Source of the DNA: a virus
Lineage: Duplodnaviria; Caudoviricetes
Length of the DNA: 43,624 nt
Virus record (IMG/VR): IMGVR_UViG_3300035105_000248
Span: 1-43,624 of that record
Strand: one strand, 5' to 3'
Of this stretch, positions 1 through 11,600 are shown piece by piece (position 1 is the first letter of the stretch; the number at the start of each line of letters is the position of its first letter). The position numbers were made by a program, and so were the translations under genes. Below the pieces are notes generated by a model. It saw only the letters and a program-made list of their open reading frames with translations, was not told where the DNA came from and ran no database searches.

Positions 1-3000
1 TCATCTGTAGACAGTATTTGCCTGCATTCAAGCAAACCAGCAGAAACATTAGTGCCGGAAGTCAAGTCAGGAATAGCACTGTCTTTTGTGCAAGGTTTCC
101 AGTCTGTCCAAGTAACTCCATCATCTAAAGAAAATCTGGTTTCAAGAATAAGTGTTTGATTATTTAAAACTTCAGTCCAAGATATGATAGAGTTTCCTGC
201 ACTTCCTGCAGAAGCAAGGCTTATTTGAGGTGAAATTCTTGAACCATACAGATACTTATTCCCCCAAATAGCGCCATATACAGCACCATGGTTTCCATTT
301 TCAGAATAATCTGTAAGAGTAGCTCCTGTATCTTTGTTTAACTTATAATAGGCAACCAAACCTTCTTCATTTCCTGAAAGTTCTTTGTACATGTTATTTT
401 GAAGTTCTTGCTGTGTTAAAGATTTATTCCATAGGATAAAATCAGATAAACAACCATTTAAAAAATATCCATTCCGATAACCTCTTCTACCTATATTTAA
501 AGAAGTTAGATTTGTAGTCGGATAACTTATAGTTGCAGAATTTATTAATTCACCATTTCTATAAATAGAGATAATCGTGCCATTGTAAGTGATGCTGTAC
601 CTATTAAAGCCTTCTTTTATTATACCAACAGTGTCAAAACAAATAGTCGATCCATTTGATACCCGAATTCCATCAACACCAATTCCTCCTAAATGACACA
701 TAAAAAGATTTGCACTTTGCCCTTCACAAATAAATTCTGTATTTGCACTTCCTTTATTTTTCCATTCCAAACCAAATTCTAATGTAAAAGTAAAAAGAGA
801 AAAAGATTTCGTTAGTAAGGCATAATCATTATACCCATCAAAACTTAAATAACTTCTTTCTTGCAGCTTTAAAGAACCTCCAGCAACAGACTCAATATTA
901 TAAAGAGTACCTGTCTGAAAATCAGCTTGTGTGTCTTCTGAATAAACTACTCCTGAAGAAGAACTATATTCAAACAAAGAATCCTGCATACTTTTATTAA
1001 TTAAATTTAAAGCTTCAGCATCAATAAATTTATCAGAGATTAAAACATCTTTAACAGTTCCAGATAAGTAATTAGTTCCATCATACCCAACTAAAAAACT
1101 ATCTGTGTTACCAAAAGCTTTATATTCATAATCAAAAGGGACATTTTTATTTTCATCAATAACCATTCCAAAAACACTATTATAAAATGAAATGCCTAAG
1201 TAATGGTACTGGCTATCATTTACAGGGATAGAAGAAACAATGTTTTTAGTGTCTCCAGTCTGATTTCCATTTACTTCAAAATTTAAATAACCGTCTGCAA
1301 CAGTATTCATAACCCCTGTAGGCTTGCCTATACTCAGGTTAACATCTCTATCCCCTACAGAAGAAGAATCCTGACTAAGTAGATGAGCCTTGTTTGAAGT
1401 TGTTTTAAAAACTGCCTCTATTGTTCCTTCTCTTATCTTTTCAGGAATAATATTACCTGCATTAATTATTTCAGAACCTGTAAAGTTATACTCAGGAGAA
1501 CCTAATAATCCAATACCCTGATTAGCAGCAGTCATACCTGAAGGAGTTCCATGATTTGCATTAGGAGAACTATCTCTTACAGCGTCTGCACCTTCAGGTA
1601 AATCTGTCATGTGATACACAAACAAATTGTCCTGATATAGATCATGTTCATGACTTGTTTCTGTCATGAAAATATTGCTTTTTGAATAGGGGTAAAGCAG
1701 GGCAAAATGCGTACCTTCTGTGTCTGAAACATACGGAAGGTTGAACCAGATTAAGCCTTTTTTATTTGGTTTATCAAATCTTTCAACTTCTATATCAAGA
1801 AAAACGCTGTCCTGAAAAACAATTGAAAGGTCTGTGTAGTCTGTTATTTCATCAAAAACCTCAGGAATTTTTGATAAGTCAATACCAATTTTTATATTTT
1901 CTGTATAAGAGTTTACAAAATCTTTTGAAATAGTGAAATATTTAGGATTTGCTTGTTCATACTCAAATTTATTAATAAATTTATTTATATTAAAATCATT
2001 ATATAAACCATAGCCCTCTGTTTCAGTTGTAACATAATCAGTTTCTCCAAAACTTGCAGAACAACTATAACAATTTAAATCTCTATTCATTTGAGTTTCA
2101 TAAAAGTTTATTTTTCCTGTATCATAATCATAAACAATATATTCAGAATTTAAATAACATCTTCTAAAATTAACTGTTAAATTAGAATTACTTCTAATAC
2201 CATGAATCCCTCTACCATGAAAATGTGTAGCGTCTATATAAACATTTATAACTTCTATAGTGTATTTTTCAGCAGATTGAGGATTATTGAAAGCAAGAAC
2301 TCTTTCATAGGTATCATTGTGATCAACTGTTAAATTTCCTAAATAAAGAACAGACTGATTTGTTGCAAACGCCGTAGTGTATTCTAGTGCGTAAGAACTA
2401 TGCGCTCCATAATAAATTTTAGTGTTTAAAGGACTGCTGCCAGTACCAAAAATATGAACTCCTTTAGACACTTTTACCCATTCAGTATAAGTACCAGGAG
2501 CAATTAAAAGAATATCACCATCATTCGCTGCATCATGTGCAGCTTGCACAGTAGCATAATCTGCAGGAACATTTATAATGTTTCCAGTCAAAACAATATC
2601 TTCATTGCCTGTGCTGATTTTTACATTTGTTTTAAAATTAATATTTAAATTTACAGGCGAAGTATCTTTAAAAACAGAAAAAGCTCTGTTTGAAGGAGAA
2701 AACCGGACAACATCTTTCCCGACTCCACAAACCTCTAAATCTTTATCAAGAACAGGAGTGTAAGAATCAACTAAAACTCTTTCAGTAAAGTTTACTTCTC
2801 CTTCAACAATAACAGTTACATTATCTGTTTTCACTTCTCTTATTTTAAGGATATTATCTGAAACATTAAAAAACACTTCTTCTTTTAAGAAAGAATAATC
2901 AGAAGAGCTTAGATTTAAAATATTTCCAGCTTCATCCTCAAAATGACCTTCCCCTAAAGTTGCAACAGTTGCTTCAATCTCCTGCACATAATAAATTCCT

Positions 3001-3422
3001 TCAAGGGGAGTGTCCTTATCAAATTCTCCTTCAAGTTTAGAAAGACGCTCAGGAAATCTATAATTGACAACTTCTTCCACATAATAAGCTTCTGTATTAC
3101 TCAACACTTTTTCAAATTCTGCAGGGTCTGCTGTAAAAGTTGTTGTACCTAACGAAACTCGATCAAACGCATCAACATTAAAATTACCGCCTTCGTCTAA
3201 ACCTATAAGGAGATGGTTTCCATCGCCTTGGTCAGAAGCAAACATCTCCCATGAGTTGTCATCATTAACATTTCTTGCTGCAACAAGTTCCATAGTACTT
3301 CTGTTAAGCAAAACAACTCTTTTTACAAGACTGTCTACAACTTCAGCTTGTCCTGCAATCTTGCATTTTTGAACTTTATCAGCAGGGATATTTGAGATTG
3401 TTATTTCATGACTAAATGACAT
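1..3422 (-). CDS. Tail fibre / receptor-binding protein, >1140 aa, runs off the window edge (beta-helix-like segment, DUF2341-like region, two LamG/ConA-like domains)
   Basis: Not in the ORF track because it has no stop inside the window. Manual translation from ATG 3422 (MSFSHEITISNIPADK...) stays open to base 1. Contains INVPADYATVQAAHDAANDGDILLIAPGTYTE (beta-helix N-cap), DSSPNANHGT, YLSFDGYNDY and GLVAYYKFNKDTGATLTDYSENGNHG (LamG-type). Last gene of the tail module. Confidence 0.8.
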   Translation of the reverse strand, partial: MSFSHEITISNIPADKVQKCKIAGQAEVVDSLVKRVVLLNRSTMELVAARNVNDDNSWEMFASDQGDGNHLLIGLDEGGNFNVDAFDRVSLGTTTFTADPAEFEKVLSNTEAYYVEEVVNYRFPERLSKLEGEFDKDTPLEGIYYVQEIEATVATLGEGHFEDEAGNILNLSSSDYSFLKEEVFFNVSDNILKIREVKTDNVTVIVEGEVNFTERVLVDSYTPVLDKDLEVCGVGKDVVRFSPSNRAFSVFKDTSPVNLNINFKTNVKISTGNEDIVLTGNIINVPADYATVQAAHDAANDGDILLIAPGTYTEWVKVSKGVHIFGTGSSPLNTKIYYGAHSSYALEYTTAFATNQSVLYLGNLTVDHNDTYERVLAFNNPQSAEKYTIEVINVYIDATHFHGRGIHGIRSNSNLTVNFRRCYLNSEYIVYDYDTGKINFYETQMNRDLNCYSCSASFGETDYVTTETEGYGLYNDFNINKFINKFEYEQANPKYFTISKDFVNSYTENIKIGIDLSKIPEVFDEITDYTDLSIVFQDSVFLDIEVERFDKPNKKGLIWFNLPYVSDTEGTHFALLYPYSKSNIFMTETSHEHDLYQDNLFVYHMTDLPEGADAVRDSSPNANHGTPSGMTAANQGIGLLGSPEYNFTGSEIINAGNIIPEKIREGTIEAVFKTTSNKAHLLSQDSSSVGDRDVNLSIGKPTGVMNTVADGYLNFEVNGNQTGDTKNIVSSIPVNDSQYHYLGISFYNSVFGMVIDENKNVPFDYEYKAFGNTDSFLVGYDGTNYLSGTVKDVLISDKFIDAEALNLINKSMQDSLFEYSSSSGVVYSEDTQADFQTGTLYNIESVAGGSLKLQERSYLSFDGYNDYALLTKSFSLFTFTLEFGLEWKNKGSANTEFICEGQSANLFMCHLGGIGVDGIRVSNGSTICFDTVGIIKEGFNRYSITYNGTIISIYRNGELINSATISYPTTNLTSLNIGRRGYRNGYFLNGCLSDFILWNKSLTQQELQNNMYKELSGNEEGLVAYYKLNKDTGATLTDYSENGNHGAVYGAIWGNKYLYGSRISPQISLASAGSAGNSIISWTEVLNNQTLILETRFSLDDGVTWTDWKPCTKDSAIPDLTSGTNVSAGLLECRQILSTD

Positions 3423-4413
3423 TTCTGAATCCCTTTCCTTCTGTAAGAACTATATATCTAAAATTGCCTGATTTATCAGCCATTCTCCAGAAATGTTCCT
3501 TATAGTCACCAAAATCAAAAATCATTTCAGGTTTCTTCTCTATAGTTTCAGCATAATCTGCTAAAGAAGTTTGATTGTACCCGTAACCAGATAAAGAATT
3601 TTTTAAACCGGGTAATCTGCCCAACAACTTCCCATCGCAATATATTGTAGGAATTGCAGTTAATTGAAAATCAGATTCATAATCACAAACATTTTGATTG
3701 TCGCCTAAATAGCAGTAATAATCCCTTACACGTCTAAATGCTCCTGTACCAGGACTAATTCCAACAGCTACACTTCCTCCACTTCTGTCTGGTTTCCTCA
3801 TTATGTGATAGTAAGGTCTAGTGTTTGTTAATGTAGTATAATCACAATAAAATACCTCATGATTATAACTTGCACTATGCCCCATACACATTGCAAAATT
3901 GTACTGAGTGTTTGAAATGTCATAAGGAATATAATCACCGATATAGACAAACTTCCAGCCTGCAGAACTTCTGCTGTTCCCAATCCCATTAGCATGAGCA
4001 GCAGCAGGATTTAAAACAATCCAAACACCTTTAGAATCTCCAAGAATCCGCCAGGGGCAAACATTAGCCGTACTTGTACTGGAAGCTCCTAAAACTAACT
4101 GAAATACAGGACTTTCAAGTGCAGGATCAGGACAGGGGAACAGTCCAGTATCAATATCAGACATACTTTCATACGCTCTTGTAAACACCTGATAATTAGT
4201 TACAGAATGGTCAAAACGAACAAACATACGAGTTCCCTTGTTTCTGAAAACAATCTTTTCTGCCTGTTCAAAAACAATTTCCCATCCAAGACCAGCCTTA
4301 TCGCCATATCCCTCAACAAGAACTTTTTTTAGAACGTTTATAATGCCTCCTAAAGAAGGAGTTAAAACTGGTGCTCCGATGTCTTCCCATGTATATAAAA
4401 AACTTTCGCTCAT
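3412..4413 (-). CDS. Tail tip / minor tail protein
   Basis: 333 aa. N-terminus GAPVLTPSLGGIINVLKKVLVEGYG..GLGWEIVF resembles a common phage tail-protein start. GGAGG RBS; tail-module position. Confidence 0.65.
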   Translation of the reverse strand: MSESFLYTWEDIGAPVLTPSLGGIINVLKKVLVEGYGDKAGLGWEIVFEQAEKIVFRNKGTRMFVRFDHSVTNYQVFTRAYESMSDIDTGLFPCPDPALESPVFQLVLGASSTSTANVCPWRILGDSKGVWIVLNPAAAHANGIGNSRSSAGWKFVYIGDYIPYDISNTQYNFAMCMGHSASYNHEVFYCDYTTLTNTRPYYHIMRKPDRSGGSVAVGISPGTGAFRRVRDYYCYLGDNQNVCDYESDFQLTAIPTIYCDGKLLGRLPGLKNSLSGYGYNQTSLADYAETIEKKPEMIFDFGDYKEHFWRMADKSGNFRYIVLTEGKGFRNVI

Positions 4414-4459
4414 AATTCCTCCATTAAATTAAATTCCAAAACTATTTTCAAAAACATCA

Positions 4460-7400
4460 TCAGGATGAGTCACCACGGATTTGGATCACGTAATTATCAC
4501 TGTTTTCAGTTGCGGGCCCCTGCTGAGTAGTTCTGCAAAACCAAACAGGGAAATTTCCTGCGTCACAATTAAACCTCAAAACCTGACCGGAACTCCAGCC
4601 AGAACCCCAGCCTTCATATCTTATTGTAAAGTAAGGCTCGCCTGTAGCAGGATTGACAGGTGCAATATCCGCTGTAATGGGAGCATTTGTGAGGATAACC
4701 CCCAAATGTTCGCCAAGGACATTGACAGTTGTTGAGCTTGTGAAAACGCAGGCAAAACGTTCTTTTACAGAACTCTTATTCTTAGTTATTAAAGGATAGT
4801 TAACTGTGTCATATTGTGCTGAAGTTGGGCTGTATTTTCTGGTGTCCTGCCATACGTTTCCCCAGCTTGAATCGGTAAAAATATTATAAATTCTTGCCTG
4901 AACATCACCTATTGCAAGGACAGAACTTACAGAAGTTTCATCGGCTGGGTAATCATGCTGCAAAGGCTGTGATAATGTCATGTGTCCAGTGATCTGCACA
5001 TCAGTAGCAAGAACCATATCCTCAATTCTGTTAACTGCCTGAAAAGGGCTTGAATATGCAGATAAATCAAGAGGGTCTTCAAATGTAAGTGTACCTGCTG
5101 CTAAATCCACAGAATAATTCCCTAATTCAGGAATATAGACACCATTATTGTCATAAAGCTCAATCAAATTCACATTGCTTCTTGACAATGTAACTGTCTG
5201 TCCCGCAGTAGGAGAACTTATTACATCTGTTTGAGAATGATGTATTAAAACAATATCGCCGTCTCTGAAAACAGGAACTTTTCCATCAATAGGCAATTTA
5301 ACAGGGTTCAGTCCTAAAAGACTGGCATCAAGAGGGACATAAGTTTCTACAACGCAGTTCATGACTATTGTGTTTGTCTGGACTGAAACAGGTTCCATAT
5401 AATTACCTGATTCATCTGTTTCGTAATCATTAAGCCATTCTGCTGTTTCTTCGCCTTCGGGAATAGGTTTCCATTTACCGAAATAAACATTTCCTATACC
5501 TGTGCTGTACTCAATATAACCATGGATATATTCCGACTCGATATTGCCATCGAAATCCGCAGTTGCATTGATTATTAAACCAGTGTCGGTCACTGCCTTT
5601 ATGGTAAAAGAAGAGGGGGTTATGGGAGAACCCGGAGTTCTAAATGTCCAATGATACACTATTGCTTCTCGTGCAACTTTATAAATAGCTCTCAAATCGG
5701 TCAAAAGCACATTGTTAATCGCAAAAGGGTCAAGTGTGTTTTCCGGTGTTATTTTGCCGGTACTGTATTCAATACTGTAAACCTGATCTGAATTTTGAGA
5801 AACCGCCTTCCCCAAACCATTGTCTTGAAATATTTTTCCTTTATAATTAAAGGAAATTGACCCTGCTACAAAAACAGTACCTTGAGGCTTTGGAAGTAGA
5901 ACACTTGTTGTAAAATCAGCAACTTCTTCAGAAATATTCTGTTCAGCTGATGTGGTAGTCTGATATTCAAACTGTATTGGGGAATTTGCTTCATAATTAC
6001 AAGTCTGCTGTACAATAATGGACTGCTGAGTATTTCTTGTTGTTGCTGATGCTGAGTATCTTGGGTATGTTTCAGTTGAAACAGTTAAATCAGCATTTAG
6101 ATAACCCACATAAACTCCGGGCAGAACGACATCGCCAGTTGCATAATCAACAGTTCCAATTTCTTCTGAAGTACCCTGTCTGTAAAGTTTCCCGCCAATA
6201 TCATAAAACTCAATATGTAAAAAATTTTGCTTTAATTTTACACTTGAACCTTGAACAACTTTAGTGGATGAATATATTCTTTCACCCCAAAACTGAGAGT
6301 TATAGGTAGAGGATTTCTGAATCTCTTCAGGTATAACTTTGATCTTCCCTGACAAGCTTCTTTCGGCAATAGGGTTGGTATTGCCCAGATTTAAATTTAA
6401 AGTTGGAGCAAAAGTTGATGAAACTTCAACATTTTCAGTTGTTTTTTCCACAAAATTGAAAGTGTAAGAAGTTATATTTTCAGGAATTTCTGGCGTTGTA
6501 AAAAGGAAATCAGCGTTTCCTAAGTCATTTTTCTGACAATAACCACATTTTCCTGCAAAGACATTGCTTCCGCTATCAATATATTCATAATTTAAATCGT
6601 TGCCCTCTGAATAATAAACTCCATGAACTTTATAAGAACCTGCACTTACAGGGAAAACAAACTCAACGCTCTGCCCTTCTTTTATATTTGAAACATTTGT
6701 TTTTTCTATCTGCACAGGAGGAAAGGCATAAACATTTCCCCAAAACTTATTAATCTGGTCACTCATACCGGCCCATTGCGATAACGGCAGTGTATAGATT
6801 TTACTGCCCCAGAATATCAGAATTGAAGAGCCAATATCAGGCATTCCACCTAAAGTCATACTACCGGAGCCTGTTTCAAAATTCATAGTTCCTGAGCCAA
6901 TCCCTTCTTCAAGACCTTTTAATTCACCTGTACCCAAATCATAAAGAGAATACCATTTGCCAGAACTTAAATAATCAATTCTCAAAGTCCCTTTTTCCGG
7001 GACAGGTGTGCAGTCAAAAACATAAACATATCCCCTGTTTTGCTCCTGTATAGGAATAACAGCTGTTTCTGTAAAGGAAGGCAAAGATACCGCAGGAAAG
7101 AATTTTATAGAAGCAGTTGTTGTGCCCGAACCGCTTGCAGAAAAAACAATTCTCCCTTCTCCATATTCAACCACACCTGAAATTGTTCCAGCCTCATTTA
7201 TCAGGTCTCCTTTACCGTTATCAGTAAAAGTTCCTAAACCGACAAGATTCATTTCTAAAGAATTTCTTGCGATTCCTGAGCCTAAAAGAATTGTGTTGGA
7301 ACCTGAAGCATAGCTTATACTTTTAGAAAGCTGAATTTTTGCATCTGTTGTTTGGTTTGCGGATATTACTGCTTCCCTCAAGTTGCCTATTGTAAAATCT

Positions 7401-8230
7401 GTTATCGCTGCCTGAGAGGTGGTTGAAGGTACAAGTGGTTTTCTTATTTCATCGACTTTAACGCTCAGACTCCCGGCAGTAACAGCTTCCTTCAAAGAAG
7501 AAACTCCATAATATTTAGAAGTGTCCGCTGCTACAGAGGTATGAAAAACAGTACCCCTTGTAGAATCATCGCCATAGGTGAAGGTTCTTTGAGGGGCATC
7601 GCCTTTCAGGTCAAAATCTATTTTTGTTCCAAAATTCAGAGTTATTATCTGCTTTTTAAAAGTCTTATCTTCACTATCTGTAAATTCCCTTACTTCAGTT
7701 TCAACTTTAGTTATACGCAGAAACTGTTCTTGAGGTGGCGAAAGAGTCGCCCCATTAAGGTCTTTGGATTTAATAATAACAAAAACTTCTCCGTTTTCAG
7801 GAGCTGCCCAGTTTTCTTCAGTAAAAACAGTAATGGCTTTAGAGCCTGCGTAATGGTCTCCCCACAATGCACAAGGGTAAATAGGCCCTTTTACAAGATA
7901 GCCTTCAATCCTTTTTTGACAGTCTTCTCTTATGTCAAACCAATCCTTTGTAGTGAAAAGAGTTGTATTTACAAGAGGGTCTTTTGCCTGTTCTGTAAGA
8001 GCGACATGAGAACCATAATAAGTTGCTCTGCTGTCTGTTTGGACAGATATATAAGCTTTTCTCATACTTACTCTGCCGTAAGTTCTGTCTAAACGGGAAA
8101 TGTCAGGAAAAAGATTATTTACATTTCCTGAAACAATTTCATTACTGGTCATCTGACCGCCCCCGTCCTCAGTGTCTGCCAAAACCTGAGAAGCCATGAG
8201 TTTTATATCTGATTTTGAAATATCAGCCAT
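4460..8230 (-). CDS. Large tail-tip / baseplate-hub-like virion protein
   Basis: 1256 aa, beta-rich. N-terminus DIKLMASQVLADTEDGGGQMT..NNLFPDISRLDRTYGRVSMRK is typical of a proteobacterial siphovirus tail-tip family. Two genes downstream of the tape measure. Confidence 0.7.
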   Translation of the reverse strand: MADISKSDIKLMASQVLADTEDGGGQMTSNEIVSGNVNNLFPDISRLDRTYGRVSMRKAYISVQTDSRATYYGSHVALTEQAKDPLVNTTLFTTKDWFDIREDCQKRIEGYLVKGPIYPCALWGDHYAGSKAITVFTEENWAAPENGEVFVIIKSKDLNGATLSPPQEQFLRITKVETEVREFTDSEDKTFKKQIITLNFGTKIDFDLKGDAPQRTFTYGDDSTRGTVFHTSVAADTSKYYGVSSLKEAVTAGSLSVKVDEIRKPLVPSTTSQAAITDFTIGNLREAVISANQTTDAKIQLSKSISYASGSNTILLGSGIARNSLEMNLVGLGTFTDNGKGDLINEAGTISGVVEYGEGRIVFSASGSGTTTASIKFFPAVSLPSFTETAVIPIQEQNRGYVYVFDCTPVPEKGTLRIDYLSSGKWYSLYDLGTGELKGLEEGIGSGTMNFETGSGSMTLGGMPDIGSSILIFWGSKIYTLPLSQWAGMSDQINKFWGNVYAFPPVQIEKTNVSNIKEGQSVEFVFPVSAGSYKVHGVYYSEGNDLNYEYIDSGSNVFAGKCGYCQKNDLGNADFLFTTPEIPENITSYTFNFVEKTTENVEVSSTFAPTLNLNLGNTNPIAERSLSGKIKVIPEEIQKSSTYNSQFWGERIYSSTKVVQGSSVKLKQNFLHIEFYDIGGKLYRQGTSEEIGTVDYATGDVVLPGVYVGYLNADLTVSTETYPRYSASATTRNTQQSIIVQQTCNYEANSPIQFEYQTTTSAEQNISEEVADFTTSVLLPKPQGTVFVAGSISFNYKGKIFQDNGLGKAVSQNSDQVYSIEYSTGKITPENTLDPFAINNVLLTDLRAIYKVAREAIVYHWTFRTPGSPITPSSFTIKAVTDTGLIINATADFDGNIESEYIHGYIEYSTGIGNVYFGKWKPIPEGEETAEWLNDYETDESGNYMEPVSVQTNTIVMNCVVETYVPLDASLLGLNPVKLPIDGKVPVFRDGDIVLIHHSQTDVISSPTAGQTVTLSRSNVNLIELYDNNGVYIPELGNYSVDLAAGTLTFEDPLDLSAYSSPFQAVNRIEDMVLATDVQITGHMTLSQPLQHDYPADETSVSSVLAIGDVQARIYNIFTDSSWGNVWQDTRKYSPTSAQYDTVNYPLITKNKSSVKERFACVFTSSTTVNVLGEHLGVILTNAPITADIAPVNPATGEPYFTIRYEGWGSGWSSGQVLRFNCDAGNFPVWFCRTTQQGPATENSDNYVIQIRGDSS

Positions 8231-8615
8231 TATTTTTCTCCATCAATTTTATACTTTTTAATATATATACAGTAGAAGAATCTATTTTTAAAGTATTATT
8301 TACAGAAACAACTTCTATAGGGTCTTCTGCGTGCCTGAAAATAACATTAAAAGTTCTGCCATCAGGCAACATTAAAGTCATTTCTTTATTCAAAACTTCC
8401 TTTTTTGCAAAAAGAGTTTGCATTGTTTCTCTTGTGATATAACACGTGGAATCATTTGAAGAAACTAAAGTAATATATCTTCCAGTTTTCTTTTCTGATT
8501 CTTGAATAAATAAAGAACCTGTAGTTCCATAATTTATTTCTTGTGTAATTTTATTCCAAGTAAATTCATCTTCCCAATAAAAATCATCAGGCAGAATTAA
8601 ATCATCTAATAACAT
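8223..8615 (-). CDS. Distal-tail-like protein
   Basis: 130 aa directly after the tape measure. LPDDFYWEDEFTW..GSLFIQ..GRYITL pattern. Confidence 0.6.
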   Translation of the reverse strand: MLLDDLILPDDFYWEDEFTWNKITQEINYGTTGSLFIQESEKKTGRYITLVSSNDSTCYITRETMQTLFAKKEVLNKEMTLMLPDGRTFNVIFRHAEDPIEVVSVNNTLKIDSSTVYILKSIKLMEKNNG

Positions 8616-11600
8616 TTAAGTTAACCTCTGTGCTTTTTTAAGTTCATTCAGAACACCTTCCACCATATTTTTTTGCCCTACAAACGGTCCATGATTTTTA
8701 CCATTGACATTTAAATTAAACTGATATGTGTGTGTTTCTCCACTAACTGTACCACCAGCACTAAAAGAAGGCAAAGAAAATTTAGGCATGCTTATTTTAG
8801 GAACAGAGCCTCCAGTAGCAAAAGACATTTTTCTTAAACCTAAATCAGCAAAAAAACTTTTAGGAAATACTTTATGTCTGAACCCTTCAAGAAAATCTAA
8901 ACCTTTTTTACCATAATATTTAACAGCATGCACTGGTTGTATGTGTTCTCCCCCTTCAACTTCGATAGGGATACCCCCTTGAGCATGTGATGGGCCATTT
9001 GTAAGACCACCATCAGCGAAGGTGTTGCCATTGTGGTTTTTGAATTTGTCCCAAAAACTCTCCCATTTAGCGTCACCCCATCCAGCAGCGTCACCCCATC
9101 CAGCAAACCCTTTTCCGCTAATGCTGTCCATTTGAGTAGAAAGACCTTTAAGAGCATTAGCAGTTTGATCTATTTCTCCTCTAACAACTTGTTGTTGGGA
9201 AGCTAAAGAAGTTCTTTGAGCTTCTAAAGCACTTTTCATTCCTTCTGCAGCACTGTTTATCAAACTGATACTTATCTGTGTGTTATTTTCTAAAGAAGAA
9301 AGAACATTATCTTCAGAATCTTTAACTTCTGTTGCAAGTTCTTGTGCAACACTTTGAGCTTGTTTATACAAACTTATAGCAGACTCATATCTGCCTTGAG
9401 CTTGTTCTTGAGAAGCCTTTGAAACAAGTTCTTCATATTCAATTCTTTTATCTTTCCAAATTTCTTCTTCTGTCATTAAACCTCTTTTAAGGTCTCTGAT
9501 TTGATTTTGTGTGTCAGTTTCAATTTGGAGTATTTGTTCATTTATTTCTTCTATTTTATCAGAAAGACTTTGCCATTCTTCTTTCAAAGCTTCTATTTTT
9601 TCAATACCTTGTTCTTTTATTTCTTCAAAGGCACTTATAACTTCTTCAGAAGCTTCCTTCATGCTTTCAGCATCAACCCATTTTTCTTGGTATAATTTAT
9701 TCGCTTTTTGAGTAACTTCTGCAATTTTAGTTGAAAGGTCTGAAACAGTCATTACAGAATCTTCAGCTGCGCCGTCAAAAGAAACTAATGAGGATATTGT
9801 TTCATCTAGTTCTTCTGAATTTTCTTTAAGAGCTTCATTATATTCAGAAAAATTATTTGCAAGTTCTTTCACAAGCTCTCTTGATTCTTCTAAACTTAAA
9901 TTGGAAATATCTACTTGAAATCCTAACTCTCTTGCTCCTTTTTCTACAGCAGCAAAAGCATCTGTTAGCCCATACAATAAATCTTTATATCCCTGTGACA
10001 TACCCATAATAGCTCTAGTGGCTGTATTTTTTGCTTCAATTATCTTAGTTGTTAACTCACTATAACTCATAGCAAGATAATTAATTCCTGAAGAAGCTTT
10101 TCTAGTTGCTTTTGTGTTCTTTTCTGTTTCTTCTGTGTTCTTTTTTATTTCTTCTGTATTCTCCCCCTGAGATTCAGTGTTCTCATCTAAATCTTCAGTA
10201 TTTTGAGCAATAGCAGCGTCTCTTTCTTTTTTACGTTTAAGATATTCGAGTTCTGCTTGCTCTTTTTCTAAAAGAGCTTGCTTATATTCCTTAGAATCTG
10301 AAGAATATTGAATAGCTGCTTGATTAAAACGTTCTCTTGCTAAATCAAGCATTTTTAAAGCATGAGAAGCTTCTAATTCTAATTTTTTTCTTTGACCTTC
10401 TTGTTCTGTAATGATTTCTCTTGTAACACGTTTATCAATAGCAATTAATTGTCTTTCATAAGAATTAGATTGAGCTGCTTCTTCTTCATCAAAATAAATT
10501 TGAACTAATGCACTGCGTTTTTCTTCAAAATCTTTTTGAGCTTCGAGTTTTTCAAGTAAAGCTTTTTGATAAATTGCAGAATCTTTTTCATATCCTTCTG
10601 AAACAATTTTATCAAAATTCTTTTCTTTTACTTTCCAAATATTTTTAGCAAAATCTTTTTCTGCTTTTAATTTTTGGACGTTAGAATTAGCAACCATAGA
10701 AAATTCTTTATTAAAAGCAATATCAAGCTCTAATAATTCTTTATTAAGAGAATTTTGTAAAGCTTCCTCTTCAGAAATAAAGTTACTTTTCCTATAAGCA
10801 AGTTTTGCTTGTAGAAAAGCCTGTAAAGCTACTAAAGATTTTTGATAAGCTTCTTGTTTTTCTTTTTCAGAAAATTCATCTAAATTTTTTATTTTTTCAT
10901 AGTTATCTTTTTCAAGTTGCCAGCGGTCATAGGCACTTTCAGCAGCGATAACAAGAGATTCTTGAGCATATAAATCTTCATTTTCTAAATTCTTCATATG
11001 GCTTTTTAAACGAAGATTAGCTTGTTCTTGTTCATGAATGCTTAAAAGAGCATACTCCTTATTCAGATTCTCTTGTAATTTTGCTTTATAAGCTTCTTGA
11101 CTCTGCAGTAAGGAATCATAGTAAGCTCCCTCAAGTGCTAATAATTTGTCTTGAGCTTCTTTTTTCTCAGAAGGAAGACTTTTTTCATTTTTTAAAACTT
11201 TTTCATAATATGCTTTTGCTTCATTATAACGCTCTTCTGCAGCTTTTTGTTCTGCTTTAGTTACTTGCTCATTATAACTTACAATTTCTGTAACATTACC
11301 TACTCTGCTTTTTTTTAGAGCATTTAATTTTTCTTGTTCAGTTCTTGTTATGGTGGAAATTTCCTCTTCAAAAGAAGCTGTTAAAGCAGTGTGTCTAGCT
11401 TTCCTAAGTTTTTCATCTTCTTTATTAAAGTTTTCCTGAGCTTCTGCTAATTCTGTATACAGTTTTTCTTTTTGAATTAAAGTTGTTCTGTTGCTTTCTT
11501 CTCCTTTTCTAACAGCATCTTTTGCTGCTTCAAGACGCAATTCAGCTAATTCAGTTGCAACTGCTTGTATTTTAGCATTATATACTTCTTCAAGTTGCAG

